Source: Solirubrobacteraceae bacterium
Lineage (GTDB): Bacteria; Actinomycetota; Thermoleophilia; Solirubrobacterales; Solirubrobacteraceae
NCBI GenBank assembly: GCA_035939185.1
Contig: DASZGB010000005.1
Location: 182,713-246,712, forward strand
DNA length: 64,000 nucleotides
Direction of reading: 5' to 3'
Shown piece by piece: positions 9,813 to 18,557 of the stretch. The notes beneath the pieces are model-generated. The model was not told where the DNA came from. It saw nothing but the letters and a program-made list of their open reading frames with translations, and made no database searches. The translations under genes were made by a program, and so were the position numbers. Positions within the stretch are counted from its first letter, which is position 1. Each line of letters begins with the position of its first letter.

Positions 9813-10499
9813 CTACAGGTCGCTGAGTTCGCGGAAACGACGAGCCGCCGGGGTGGCAGCCGCCAGCTCGCCGAGACGAGACACGAGCCCAGCGTGATGC
9901 AGCGCCGCCAGCGCTTCGCGTGCCGCGCCCGAGTCACCCAGGCGCCCGGCAATGTCCCACACCGGTCGCCAACAAACCGACGGCGATCCGAGCAACAAGT
10001 CCAGGACCTCACGCTCCGCGACAGCCAGACGCCCACCAGAACCGCCAGGGCCGCCGGGTGAGCAGCCGGCCACGGCCCGCAATGCCCCCTCGACCATCGC
10101 CTGCGTCTCAGCCTTCCGCGCGAGCTCGCGCAGCTTCCGGACTCGCCTATTGAGCCTGCGCCGCCTGGATTTGCTGTGCCCTTCCGCCCGGGCGTTCTCA
10201 AGCTGGCCCTGGCACACGGCGGTTTCGTGATCCAACGCCTCGAGCAAAGCCCAGCAGTTCTCCCGGAGAGAGACGACTATCTCCCGCGGGGGCTCCTGGG
10301 CAGTCCAGCCGACAGCGTCCAGCAACGCCCGGATCCGATCAAGGCGTGCCAGCGGCTCTCGCTGCCAGCCCTGGCAACGCTGCTCCGCCGGGCGCGCCTG
10401 GAAATCCGTGAGCGCTTCCCCTACCAGCCGCAGCTCTTCGTACAGACCCTCCCGCACAAACCGCACCATCCCGGCCGGCACCACAAACATCGTGCTCAT
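9813..10499 (-). CDS. Hypothetical protein, paralog A (helical N-domain + probable wHTH C-terminus)
   Basis: RBS AAGGAG before ATG 10499; similar by eye to 11323-11991. Confidence 0.7.
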   Translation of the reverse strand: MSTMFVVPAGMVRFVREGLYEELRLVGEALTDFQARPAEQRCQGWQREPLARLDRIRALLDAVGWTAQEPPREIVVSLRENCWALLEALDHETAVCQGQLENARAEGHSKSRRRRLNRRVRKLRELARKAETQAMVEGALRAVAGCSPGGPGGSGGRLAVAEREVLDLLLGSPSVCWRPVWDIAGRLGDSGAAREALAALHHAGLVSRLGELAAATPAARRFRELSDL

Positions 10500-10535
10500 C
10501 CTGCTCTCCTTTCGCTCACACCGAGAAGGCACGCG

Positions 10536-10680
10536 CCAGCGAGCACGACGAGCAACCGCAAGAGCTACGGTTCCCGTGGCATCGAAGGGCCACCCTTCGG
10601 TGCTACCGGCCGGGCGGGTGCTACCAACACCCCCCGGCCACTAGATTTTCTGGTTGAGCAGCGATCAGAGCAGAACCCGC
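10536..10680. repeat. Structured leader repeat copy A (candidate ncRNA)
   Basis: Imperfect direct repeat of 12081-12232; hairpins 10576-10606 and 10608-10639, then a T-rich tract. Confidence 0.8.
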
Positions 10681-10857
10681 CACGGATCTCAAGAGGACGC
10701 CAGAACGAGCCCCGCCAGGCAGCCAAGAACGACGCTGGCTGGCACCGTACGCCGCTGGTCGTGCCGGCCAGCGCGCGCAACCAGAGCCGGCTGGATGCTC
10801 CCATCGGGGGCGGTGCAAGCCGCCGCGCCCACCGTCACACCCAGGTGGGTACCTCCT

Positions 10858-11268
10858 CTACTGGTTGTGGCGAGGACGGCGCAGTTGGTGGCGAGCAGCA
10901 ATTGTCATCCCCTCGTTACCTTGCCAGCGGCGTTTGGCGCGAAACGCCGCCGGTGAAACCCCATAGCAGCCACGAAACGCATGGGCAAAGTAGGACGACT
11001 GGTGGTAGCCGACCAGTCTCGCTACATCGCGCACCCGGATCGTGGGGTCGGATAGCAACCCGGCGGCGGCGACCATCCGTCTGGCCAAAAGATCGTCGCG
11101 GAAGGGTGCCGCTGCCGAACTGGGCATAGGCGCGCTGTAACGCTGCAAGCCGAACACTCCCTCGGCCTGCGCGAGTCGATCACCCGCCGATACGACGAAC
11201 TCACCCGCTCGCTTGACGAGCAGCTCGGCCTTGAGCCCGCCCGCGAGACTCGACTCATTTACAGACAA
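10858..11268 (-). pseudogene. AraC-type HTH regulator, probably frameshifted
   Basis: C-terminal LLSDPTIRVRDVARLVGYHQSSYFAHAFRGCYGVSPAAFR. The preceding LQRAYAQFGSGT lies in another frame (extra base near 11105). Confidence 0.6.
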
Positions 11269-11322
11269 TTGCTCGGGCAGGCCTAGTCGAGAAGGGCTGG
11301 TTGGCAGTGTCCCTGCGTGGAC

Positions 11323-11991
11323 TCATACGCCCAATATCCCGAGATCACTTAGGCGGCAAGCGCACCTTGAAGCCCAAACCCGATCATCGAGCAAGTGAAT
11401 CGCCCCGGCGTCGCGCAGCGCATATAGCGCAGCGGTGACAGTCTTTGGCTGTACGTGGGATATCTCGCCCCGCAGTTCGGCGCGTGACCACTGCTCGGTG
11501 TGATCGTCACGGAGCACCTGCCAGACGATGGCCCGTTCGGCGGTGTCCTGGTCGTCGTCACGGACGATGCGCTTTTGACGCTCGCTGGCTTTGGCTTCCA
11601 GCGCTGGAAGACCGGCTAGAAAGCCCTCGATCGCGGCGATGGCACGCTCGGCTTCGTCTCGTAGCTCCGCGCTGTTCTCCTCGTCGTTGCGGTGATTGTG
11701 CTGCGTCCACAGCTCGTTCTGTAGACCGCTCCGCAAGATTGCTGCCCACGAGCCAGTCTCGATGTCGGCCTCGACCGGCGGGCCGGTCCTCTGCCAGTCG
11801 ATCACACGCAGTAGCTCGCACGCCTGATTGAGATTGCGCAGTGGCACCTCGAACCATCCGAGGTTTTCTGCACGGGTATGGAAGGCCTCGTCCAATTCTT
11901 CGGCGAGACGCCAGACCTCAAGCTCCAGACCGGAGTACGCCAGCGGGACGACCACTGCGGGGATAGTGATTGAGCTACTTTGATCGCGCAT
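11323..11991 (-). CDS. Hypothetical protein, paralog B (helical N-domain + probable wHTH C-terminus)
   Basis: RBS AGGAGG upstream; AERAIVWQVL...WSRAELRGEI...AALYALRDAGAI wHTH-like end; similar to 9813-10499. Confidence 0.7.
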   Translation of the reverse strand: MRDQSSSITIPAVVVPLAYSGLELEVWRLAEELDEAFHTRAENLGWFEVPLRNLNQACELLRVIDWQRTGPPVEADIETGSWAAILRSGLQNELWTQHNHRNDEENSAELRDEAERAIAAIEGFLAGLPALEAKASERQKRIVRDDDQDTAERAIVWQVLRDDHTEQWSRAELRGEISHVQPKTVTAALYALRDAGAIHLLDDRVWASRCACRLSDLGILGV

Positions 11992-12080
11992 GGGAGTGAT
12001 ACCTCCTGTGTCACGGTCTCGGGCGGGGCTCCAATCCCCGCGCCGAGGCCAATATGGGCCTTTGGGGGCACCGAATGACC

Positions 12081-12232
12081 GCCGGCGAGCACGACCGATG
12101 ATCCGCAGAGAGCTACGGTGGGCGTGGCATCGAAGGCGCGTCCTTCGATGCCACAGGCCGGGCGGGGTGCTAACGACACCTCGCTCGGCCGCATCGTTTT
12201 TCGCTTGCTGGCGCGATCAGAGCAGAGCCCGC
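12081..12232. repeat. Structured leader repeat copy B (candidate ncRNA)
   Basis: Hairpins 12124-12154 (13-bp perfect) and 12156-12190 (14 bp with 2 G-U), T-tract 12197-12201. Confidence 0.8.
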
Positions 12233-12293
12233 GGCGGAAAAACTTGCGACTGTCCGCAAAGGCCAGCTTGCGCGGTCGGCAGTCGCATACGAC

Positions 12294-12695
12294 TCATCCG
12301 TCTGAGTCTTCGATTAGCTCCCTCGGCCGAACGCGCAATCCGCGAGCAAGGCGCTCGATCGTCGTGAGCTGCGGGTCGCTCCCGCCGTGCTCGCACGTAC
12401 CGATCGACGTTCGATTGACAAAGCCCGTTCGGCGAGCGAGCCCAGCCTGCGTCAGGCCGCGCTCGGTGCGAAGGTCGCGTAGTCGCCGACCAAACGCAGC
12501 ACACACGGCGCTCACATCCAAATAGCCGAGCGCGTCCGGGTCAACACCCAGCCCTGTCGCCAGCGCCGGCAGCAAGGCGTCGGTCGGAGCGAGCCGACCA
12601 GCTTCCCAGCGCTTCAAGCTCCTCACGCTCGACGAGCGCAGCAGAAGCAAGCTCGGCCGGCGTCATTCCCCGCTCCTCGCGTGCCTGTCGGACCG
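12294..12695 (-). pseudogene. Tandem-HTH XRE family regulator, frameshifted and 5'-truncated
   Basis: C-terminal HTH FGRRLRDLRTERGLTQAGLARR. First HTH AVRQAREERGMTPAELA...EELEAL|EAGR is joined by removing one G at ~12606; no start codon, in-frame stop just upstream. Confidence 0.75.
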
Positions 12696-12721
12696 CCTGT
12701 GGTCGAGGTCATGCGCGACCC

Positions 12722-12961
12722 AGCTTCGCCAACCCCGCGATCAGCGTCGGGCGCATGTTCTCCAACACCTTCGCCGGCATCGCGCCCGCGTCCGTCCCCG
12801 CCTACGTCGCCGCGCAGCTCGTCGGCGGCGTCTGCTCAGTCCTCGCGATCCGCGCGCTCTACTCCGACGTGACCTCAGCCGACGCCGCTGAGGTCATCCT
12901 GCCGCACGAACAGGCCCGCGCGGACGGCGCCAGCCTGCGCGCCAGCGCACTAGATGATTGA
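12722..12961 (+). pseudogene. 3' fragment of MIP/aquaporin (arsenic-operon-type)
   Basis: SFANPAISVGRMFSNTFAGIAPASVPAYVAAQLVGG: second NPA motif only; 5' two-thirds missing. Confidence 0.8.
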
Positions 12962-13945
12962 TTCCACGGTGGTGGCCGTGGTTTTCGAGGGTTTATAGGC
13001 AGCAGGGTCGAAGTCGGCGGTGCTCAATAGCATCGCCCACCGAAGGGGGCCTCGATGGACGCCGACCTCGACCTGCTGCTCATTGCCGTTTATGTCACGG
13101 CTGACGATCTCCTGCCCTAGCGGCCGGGGAACGCCAAGCGGATCGTCACAGACGCGGAGGTCGTGACGCTGTGTATAGCGCAAGCGATCATGGGTATACC
13201 GTCTGACCGGCGGTTCCTCGCCGTCGCGTCCAAGCGCCTTTGCCACCTCTTCCCGCGGCTCCCAGGGCAAGCCGGCTACCACAAGCGCCGCCGTGCCTTG
13301 ACGGGCACCCTGGAGTGGCTGATGGAGGTCTTCGCGAGCCAGAGCCCGGGGTTCGAGGACGATCTCCTGCTGGTCGACTCCACCCCGGTGGAGTGCGCCA
13401 GAAGCCGCGAGACCGTCAAACGCTCGCAGCTTGGCGACGCTGCGGACTACGGGTACTGCGCCAGCCATTCCCGGTTCTTCTGGGGGTTCAGGCTGCACGC
13501 CATCTTCGCGCCCGACGGGACCCCAGAGCACTCGCCCTGACCTCCCCCAAGCAGGACGAGCGCGACGTCGCGCTCAAACTCCTCGAGCGCTGCCCCCGCC
13601 AGGGCAAAGTGACGCTGATCGGCGATAAGGGCTACGCCGGCCGGGAGTTCGCTATCCGCGTCGGCGACCTGGACGCCACGATCGCCAGACCCCGACGCAA
13701 AGACGAGCCCGGACGTGGACCCCACCTCGCGCCGATCCGCCAGCGCATCGAGAGCATCTTCTGGACCTGCAGAGACATCCTCACCCTCGAGCGCCACGGC
13801 GCACGCACCCTCCCAGGACTCAGAGAGCGCGTCCTGCAACGCCTCCTCTGTCTCGCAGCAGCCATCTCCCTCAACCACCAACTCGGCCGCCCAAGCCGCG
13901 CACTCGTCAACTACCGCGCCTGATCCCGTGGAATCAATCAACTAG
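12950..13945 (+). mobile_element. IS982-family insertion sequence (defective)
   Basis: CTAG+ATGATTGATTCCACGG (12950-12969) and CCGTGGAATCAATCAA+CTAG (13926-13945): 16-bp IRs with 1 mismatch, flanked by CTAG (probable target duplication). Confidence 0.85.
13055..13923 (+). pseudogene. IS982-family DDE transposase pseudogene
   Basis: MDADLDLLLIAVYVTADDLL; in-frame TAG 13118-13120; LLVDSTP, FWGFRLH; frameshift ~13523; LIGDKGY; RQRIESIF. Confidence 0.85.
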
Positions 13946-13947
13946 AC

Positions 13948-13995
13948 GTACCGCAACGGTACCCAAAACGACCTTCGTTGGTCGTGAAGGGACTT
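13948..13995 (+). repeat. 47-bp imperfect direct repeat, copy 1
   Basis: GTACCGCAACGGTACCCAAAACGACCTTCGTTGGTCGTGAAGGGACTT; matches 18558-18604. Confidence 0.8.
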
Positions 13996-14344
13996 CTGCC
14001 AAACCCGGCAAGTTCAATCTGCCGGACCTCGCTCTATACTCCTATGACCCACTACTGGAGGAGCAGCGAAAACCGATAGCCGAACAGCACATAGCTCCGC
14101 CGCGGAGCAGGTGTCGACCAAGTTTTTTTGTCGCCCCCGCAGCTCTCTCGAACATGAGGTCGGGATTGAGCGCGAACCGGGCAATGTTGTAGCCCAGACA
14201 CAGCGACCGTCACACGCCAACACCATGTGACTCGTCCCCCTCCAGCATCCTCCGGCTAGTGCCGCCACGCCCATCGAAGCTCTGATGGCGAGGTGGGCTC
14301 GACGGCTCCGCGCGGCAGTCCTTCGGCTCAAACGAAAGGACACG

Positions 14345-14434
14345 ATGAGCAGACCGATTTCATTTCCCTCGTTGCGCACACAGGGCGACCGGCAGCCAGC
14401 CGCAGCCGGTGCTTGGCATGGCGGTGATCGATGA
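14345..14434 (+). CDS. 29-aa upstream ORF coupled to helicase
   Basis: RBS GAAAGGA, ATG 14345, TGA overlaps helicase ATG (ATGA). Confidence 0.4.
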   Translation: MSRPISFPSLRTQGDRQPAAAGAWHGGDR

Positions 14435-15831
14435 GAGTCCTCTCCGATGTACGCCTCACGCCTGAGCAGCTAAAGGTCGTGCGCGATCCGCGGCCCGGCA
14501 CGATGCTGATTCGCGGCGCCGCGGGCAGCGGCAAGACCACGACGGCGGTGCGTCGTCTGCAGTTCGTCGCTGGCGTGTGGCTGCGTCAGCACGCCCGCTC
14601 CGGTGTCGCCGAGCCTCTGCAGGTACTCGTGCTGACCTACAACCGCACGCTACGGGGCTATGTCGAGGAGCTTGTAGAGCGGCAGGTCAGCAGCATCTCG
14701 CAAGCGGAGTTGACGCTCGACACCTTCGGGCGCTGGTCGATGTGCCAGCTCGGCTTTCCTGACGTACTCGATGAGCGCGAACGCAGCGCCAAAATCTGGC
14801 AGCTCGGACAGCAACTCGGCTACACACGCGAGTTCCTGCTCGATGAGGTCGACTACGTCCTCGGGCGGTTCTTGCCATCCGATCTCTCGCTCTACGCGGA
14901 TCCGCAGCGCATCGAGCGCACCGGACGCGGCACGACGCCGAGGGTCGATCGAAAAGCGCTGCTTGAGCGCGTGATCTTCCCCTACCAGGAGGGGAAGACG
15001 ACGGAGAGATTACGAGACTGGAACGACCTCGCGGTGATGCTCGCGACCCGCGAGGACGGCCCACGCTACGAGGTCATCGTGGTCGACGAGGCGCAGGACT
15101 TCTCGGGCAATCAGGTCCGGGCTGTCGTGCGTCACGCAAGCCAGCAGGCCAACGCGACCTTCGTGCTCGATGCCGTGCAGCGCATCTACCCGAGCGGGTT
15201 CACGAGCTGGCGCGAGGTCGGGGTCCAGATCACGGGCGCCAACTCGCACCGGCTGAGCACCAACCATCGCAACACCAAGCAGATCGCTGCCTTTGCCTAC
15301 CCGCTGGTTGCAGGACTCCCACCGGAGGATGACGGCACGCTGCCCGAGTTCGAGAACAGCGAGCGCGAGGGACCGCAGCCGCTGGTGGTACGCGGTCGCT
15401 TCGCCGACCAGATGCAATATGTCATCGAGCACATCGGCGAGTTGCCCGATGATGAGTCGGTAGCGCTGCTGCACCCAAAGGGCGGCGGGTGGTTCAGCTA
15501 CGTCCGAGAAGTCCTCAGAGCCGCCAGTATGTCGTTCGTGGAGATCACTCGCCGCTCCGAGTGGCCGCAAGGCCCGGAGGAGATCGCACTTTGCACGATG
15601 CACTCCTCCAAGGGTCTTGAGTTCGATCACGTCGTGCTACTCGGGCTCAATGCCGAGCTGATGCCACATGGCAGCGAAGAGAACGACACCCAACTGCTCA
15701 CGCATCGCAAGCTGGTGGCAATGGCGATTGGTCGAGCCCGCAAGAGCGTCATGCTCACCTACAAGCCCGGCGAGGAGTCACGCGTGGTCGATCTACTCGA
15801 CCCAGACACCTACGAAGAGGTCGATCTATGA
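14431..15831 (+). CDS. Compact SF1 (UvrD/Rep-like) helicase
   Basis: GAAGSGKTT, VLTYNRTL, VIVVDEAQD, LSTNHRNT, TMHSSKGLEFDHV, AIGRARK. Confidence 0.9.
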   Translation: MRVLSDVRLTPEQLKVVRDPRPGTMLIRGAAGSGKTTTAVRRLQFVAGVWLRQHARSGVAEPLQVLVLTYNRTLRGYVEELVERQVSSISQAELTLDTFGRWSMCQLGFPDVLDERERSAKIWQLGQQLGYTREFLLDEVDYVLGRFLPSDLSLYADPQRIERTGRGTTPRVDRKALLERVIFPYQEGKTTERLRDWNDLAVMLATREDGPRYEVIVVDEAQDFSGNQVRAVVRHASQQANATFVLDAVQRIYPSGFTSWREVGVQITGANSHRLSTNHRNTKQIAAFAYPLVAGLPPEDDGTLPEFENSEREGPQPLVVRGRFADQMQYVIEHIGELPDDESVALLHPKGGGWFSYVREVLRAASMSFVEITRRSEWPQGPEEIALCTMHSSKGLEFDHVVLLGLNAELMPHGSEENDTQLLTHRKLVAMAIGRARKSVMLTYKPGEESRVVDLLDPDTYEEVDL

Positions 15832-16478
15832 GTGCCATCGCGGAGATCATTCAGGAGCGAGAAATCACGGAGGTCGTGCATTTCACGACCAATCACGGTG
15901 TGTTGGGCATGTTCGCCGACGGCAGGCTGCTCTCCCGTAAGCGTCTACCGACGAACAAGTACCTCGAGCACGTCTACCTCCCGAACGCATCGGTGCGCAA
16001 GGACCCCGCCTGGCTCGACTACATCTCCATGTCGATCAGCCGGGTCAACACAAGATTCTTCGGCTTCTCCCAGGGCTGGGAGCGGGAGGTCGAGACGTGG
16101 TGGGCGATCGTCGCGCTGGACCCGACGATCCTCAACCACGAGGGCGTCGTCTTCACGACCACCAACAACATCTACCCAAGCTGTCGCCGCGCTTCCGGCG
16201 CCGACGGGCTCGAAGCGATGTTCGCTCCCGTCGTAGCCGGCGTGTGGGAAAGGCCTCTGAAGCGGACCTACGATATGCCCGCTAGCTGGACGACCGACGA
16301 CCAAGCCGAGATCCTCTACCCAGCAGAACTGCCCACGAGCTACCTGCGCGAGGTCTACACCGCGACCGACGAGCACGCCGATATCGTCGCCTCCCAATAC
16401 GAAATGCTTGTCGCCCAAGGCCACGCCAGCGACCCACGAAGCGAGCTTCCAGTCCATGTCCGCCCAGAGTTCTTCTAA
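15828..16478 (+). CDS. darT: DarT-like (DUF4433) ssDNA ADP-ribosyltransferase
   Basis: VVHFTT...GRLLSR, YISMSIS, VFTTTNN, QAEILYP (catalytic Glu retained); 216 aa; ATGA overlap with helicase. Confidence 0.75.
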   Translation: MSAIAEIIQEREITEVVHFTTNHGVLGMFADGRLLSRKRLPTNKYLEHVYLPNASVRKDPAWLDYISMSISRVNTRFFGFSQGWEREVETWWAIVALDPTILNHEGVVFTTTNNIYPSCRRASGADGLEAMFAPVVAGVWERPLKRTYDMPASWTTDDQAEILYPAELPTSYLREVYTATDEHADIVASQYEMLVAQGHASDPRSELPVHVRPEFF

Positions 16479-18132
16479 CGCAAGCAAGCAGCGCCGAGCG
16501 GCTATCCGCCGATCGGCGCTTTGGGCTGCCTGGGGCGATGCGCTCGGCTTCATGACCGAGCGCGCCAACGCCGCTCGGGTCCGCCAACGAACCGGCCAAG
16601 ATCGCGTCGAGCAGACGAAGCCCTGGCAGCGCAAGATAGGCGGCAGGACCGGCCCAACGGTCACCTTGCCAGCCGGCTGCATTTCAGACGACACGCAGCT
16701 ACGGCTCAGCACCTGCCGCGCGATCCGAGGCGACGGTGCCTTCGACGTGGAGCCGTTCGCAAAGATCGAGCTAGCGACGTGGCCCGCCTACGCGCTCGGC
16801 GCGGGTCTTGGCTCGACGGCCGCTGCGAACAATCTCAAGCGCCGCGACGTGACCTGGGACACCAACTTCTTCGACACGAAACGGTCGAACTACATGCAGG
16901 GCGGCGGCAATGGCGCAGCAATGCGAATCCAGCCGCACGTTTGGTCGGCCGCCAGCCCAGGCGACCACGACGCCGACGTTCTCGTCAACGCCGTAGTCAC
17001 GCACGGCCATCCGCGGGGTATTGTCGGCGCGCTCTTTCATGCAGCTTGCCTGGACGCAACCCTGCGCAGCGGGTCGATCCTAGGGCCGGGCGAGTGGGCG
17101 AAGATCGCCGACCAAGCCGCAGCCCGCGTGGTCGAACTCGCGCACGACGATCACCGCCTCGCCGAAGTCTGGCTCGGAGCGTGGGAGGACCACAGCGAAC
17201 AAACCTTCGCTGAAGCGGTGACGCAGACAGTCGGCGAGCTACAGGACGCGTTGAAGCTATGCACGACCGTCCTCATCGAGGACCAGAAGGCCGCATATGC
17301 CCGTGCCGTAGAAGCCCTCGATGCACGCGGTGAGGAACGCGGCTCGGCCATCAAGTCGGCGGCACTCGCACTCCTAGCAGCGCACCTCTATCAAGGCCGA
17401 CCGGAAGAGGCCTTGATCCGCTGCGCGAACGAGCTATGGACAGACACAGACACGATCGCGACGATGGCTGGGGCCCTGCTCGGCTTGACAGCAGGCGACG
17501 AGCCGATGGGCGCCATCGCTGATCGCGACGTGACGGTCATGGAGGCGGATCGCATGGCTGCGATCGCCGAAGGGCAGACGGTGCCGAGCTTCCCCTATCC
17601 GAGCCTCGTGACATGGAGTTCGCCCAAGGCACAGCTCGATTCGGTCGTGGCGGACGGGGACCAGCTCCAGCTCGCCGGCCTTGGGCCGGCCGGCGTGGTC
17701 GAACAAGTTTTCCGAGATACCGGCAAGACCCCGAGCACCTGGGAGTGGCTCAGACTATGGTTCGGCCAGCAGGTCCTGATCCGTCGCCGGCCACGTCCTG
17801 GCCCGCTGTCAGAGTCTCATCGTGTGCAGCAGATGCCTAGCTACCTGATTGCCCCACCGCCTCCGCAGGACACAGGGCAGCTCTCCCTACGCGATGACCC
17901 GTCGCCGACACGCATCACGCCAAATCGTCCAGCCCTTGACGACCGCGACTTGCACGAACTCACGGAATACGTCATCGACTCTGGCTTTGACGAGCACGTC
18001 ATTGGCGAGGCATTGCTGATGCTCGCGCGGCGCCCAGGCGGGATCAACGACGCTATCGGATTCGCAGCGATCATCGCCAAGGCCGCAGCGACACGCCAAG
18101 ATCGAGAAAGACGCCGCAGCGCTCAGTCCTGA
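16456..18132 (+). CDS. ADP-ribosylglycohydrolase (ARH/DraG family) with ~200-aa C-terminal extension
   Basis: AAWGDALG, ISDDTQL, GNGAAMR, VTHGHP, TDTDTIATMAGAL; ATG 16456 overlaps darT end by 23 nt. Confidence 0.9.
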   Translation: MSAQSSSNASKQRRAAIRRSALWAAWGDALGFMTERANAARVRQRTGQDRVEQTKPWQRKIGGRTGPTVTLPAGCISDDTQLRLSTCRAIRGDGAFDVEPFAKIELATWPAYALGAGLGSTAAANNLKRRDVTWDTNFFDTKRSNYMQGGGNGAAMRIQPHVWSAASPGDHDADVLVNAVVTHGHPRGIVGALFHAACLDATLRSGSILGPGEWAKIADQAAARVVELAHDDHRLAEVWLGAWEDHSEQTFAEAVTQTVGELQDALKLCTTVLIEDQKAAYARAVEALDARGEERGSAIKSAALALLAAHLYQGRPEEALIRCANELWTDTDTIATMAGALLGLTAGDEPMGAIADRDVTVMEADRMAAIAEGQTVPSFPYPSLVTWSSPKAQLDSVVADGDQLQLAGLGPAGVVEQVFRDTGKTPSTWEWLRLWFGQQVLIRRRPRPGPLSESHRVQQMPSYLIAPPPPQDTGQLSLRDDPSPTRITPNRPALDDRDLHELTEYVIDSGFDEHVIGEALLMLARRPGGINDAIGFAAIIAKAAATRQDRERRRSAQS

Positions 18133-18179
18133 CCGAAACGCACGCTCGCCCTTGAGCGGTGCGCAATGATGGAGCAGCT

Positions 18180-18550
18180 ATGCCGCAGTCCAACGTGGAG
18201 GTCGCCCGGCGCGGATTCGAGGCCGTGATGTGCGGCGACCTCGACGCGATCGGCGAACTGCTCGACCCCGAGGTCAAATGGCATGGCGGCGACCCGTCGG
18301 CCGAGGGAGCCTGCCGCAACAGGGAGGAGGCGCTGGCGTTCATGCGCCGCGCGCGCAGCCGCAATCCGATGGGCGAGCTTGTGGACGTGATCGACGCCGG
18401 CGACCGCGTGGTCGTGGTGATACGACCGGCCCGCGGCGCCGAGCTGCGGGCCAATCTCACGACCTTTCGTGACGGAAAGGTCATCGAGATAGTCGCCACG
18501 CGACCCCCGACGACGCCTTGGCAGCGGCCGGGATACCGACCACCGGCTGA
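18180..18550 (+). pseudogene. SnoaL/NTF2-like protein with 3' frameshift
   Basis: SNVEVARRGFEA...GDLDAIGELLDPEVKW; expected end (Y)ATPDDALAAAG lies in another frame after ~18498. Confidence 0.7.
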
Positions 18551-18557
18551 GCTGCGC

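Noticed and set aside
10176-11129. 317-aa plus-strand ORF across leader A
   Set aside because: Overlaps two better-supported minus-strand genes and the structured repeat; no recognisable domain.
14431-15831. Calling the helicase a Gabija GajB or housekeeping UvrD
   Set aside because: There is no OLD-family nuclease partner, and it is too short for housekeeping UvrD/PcrA; it is best read as part of the DarT-ARH operon.
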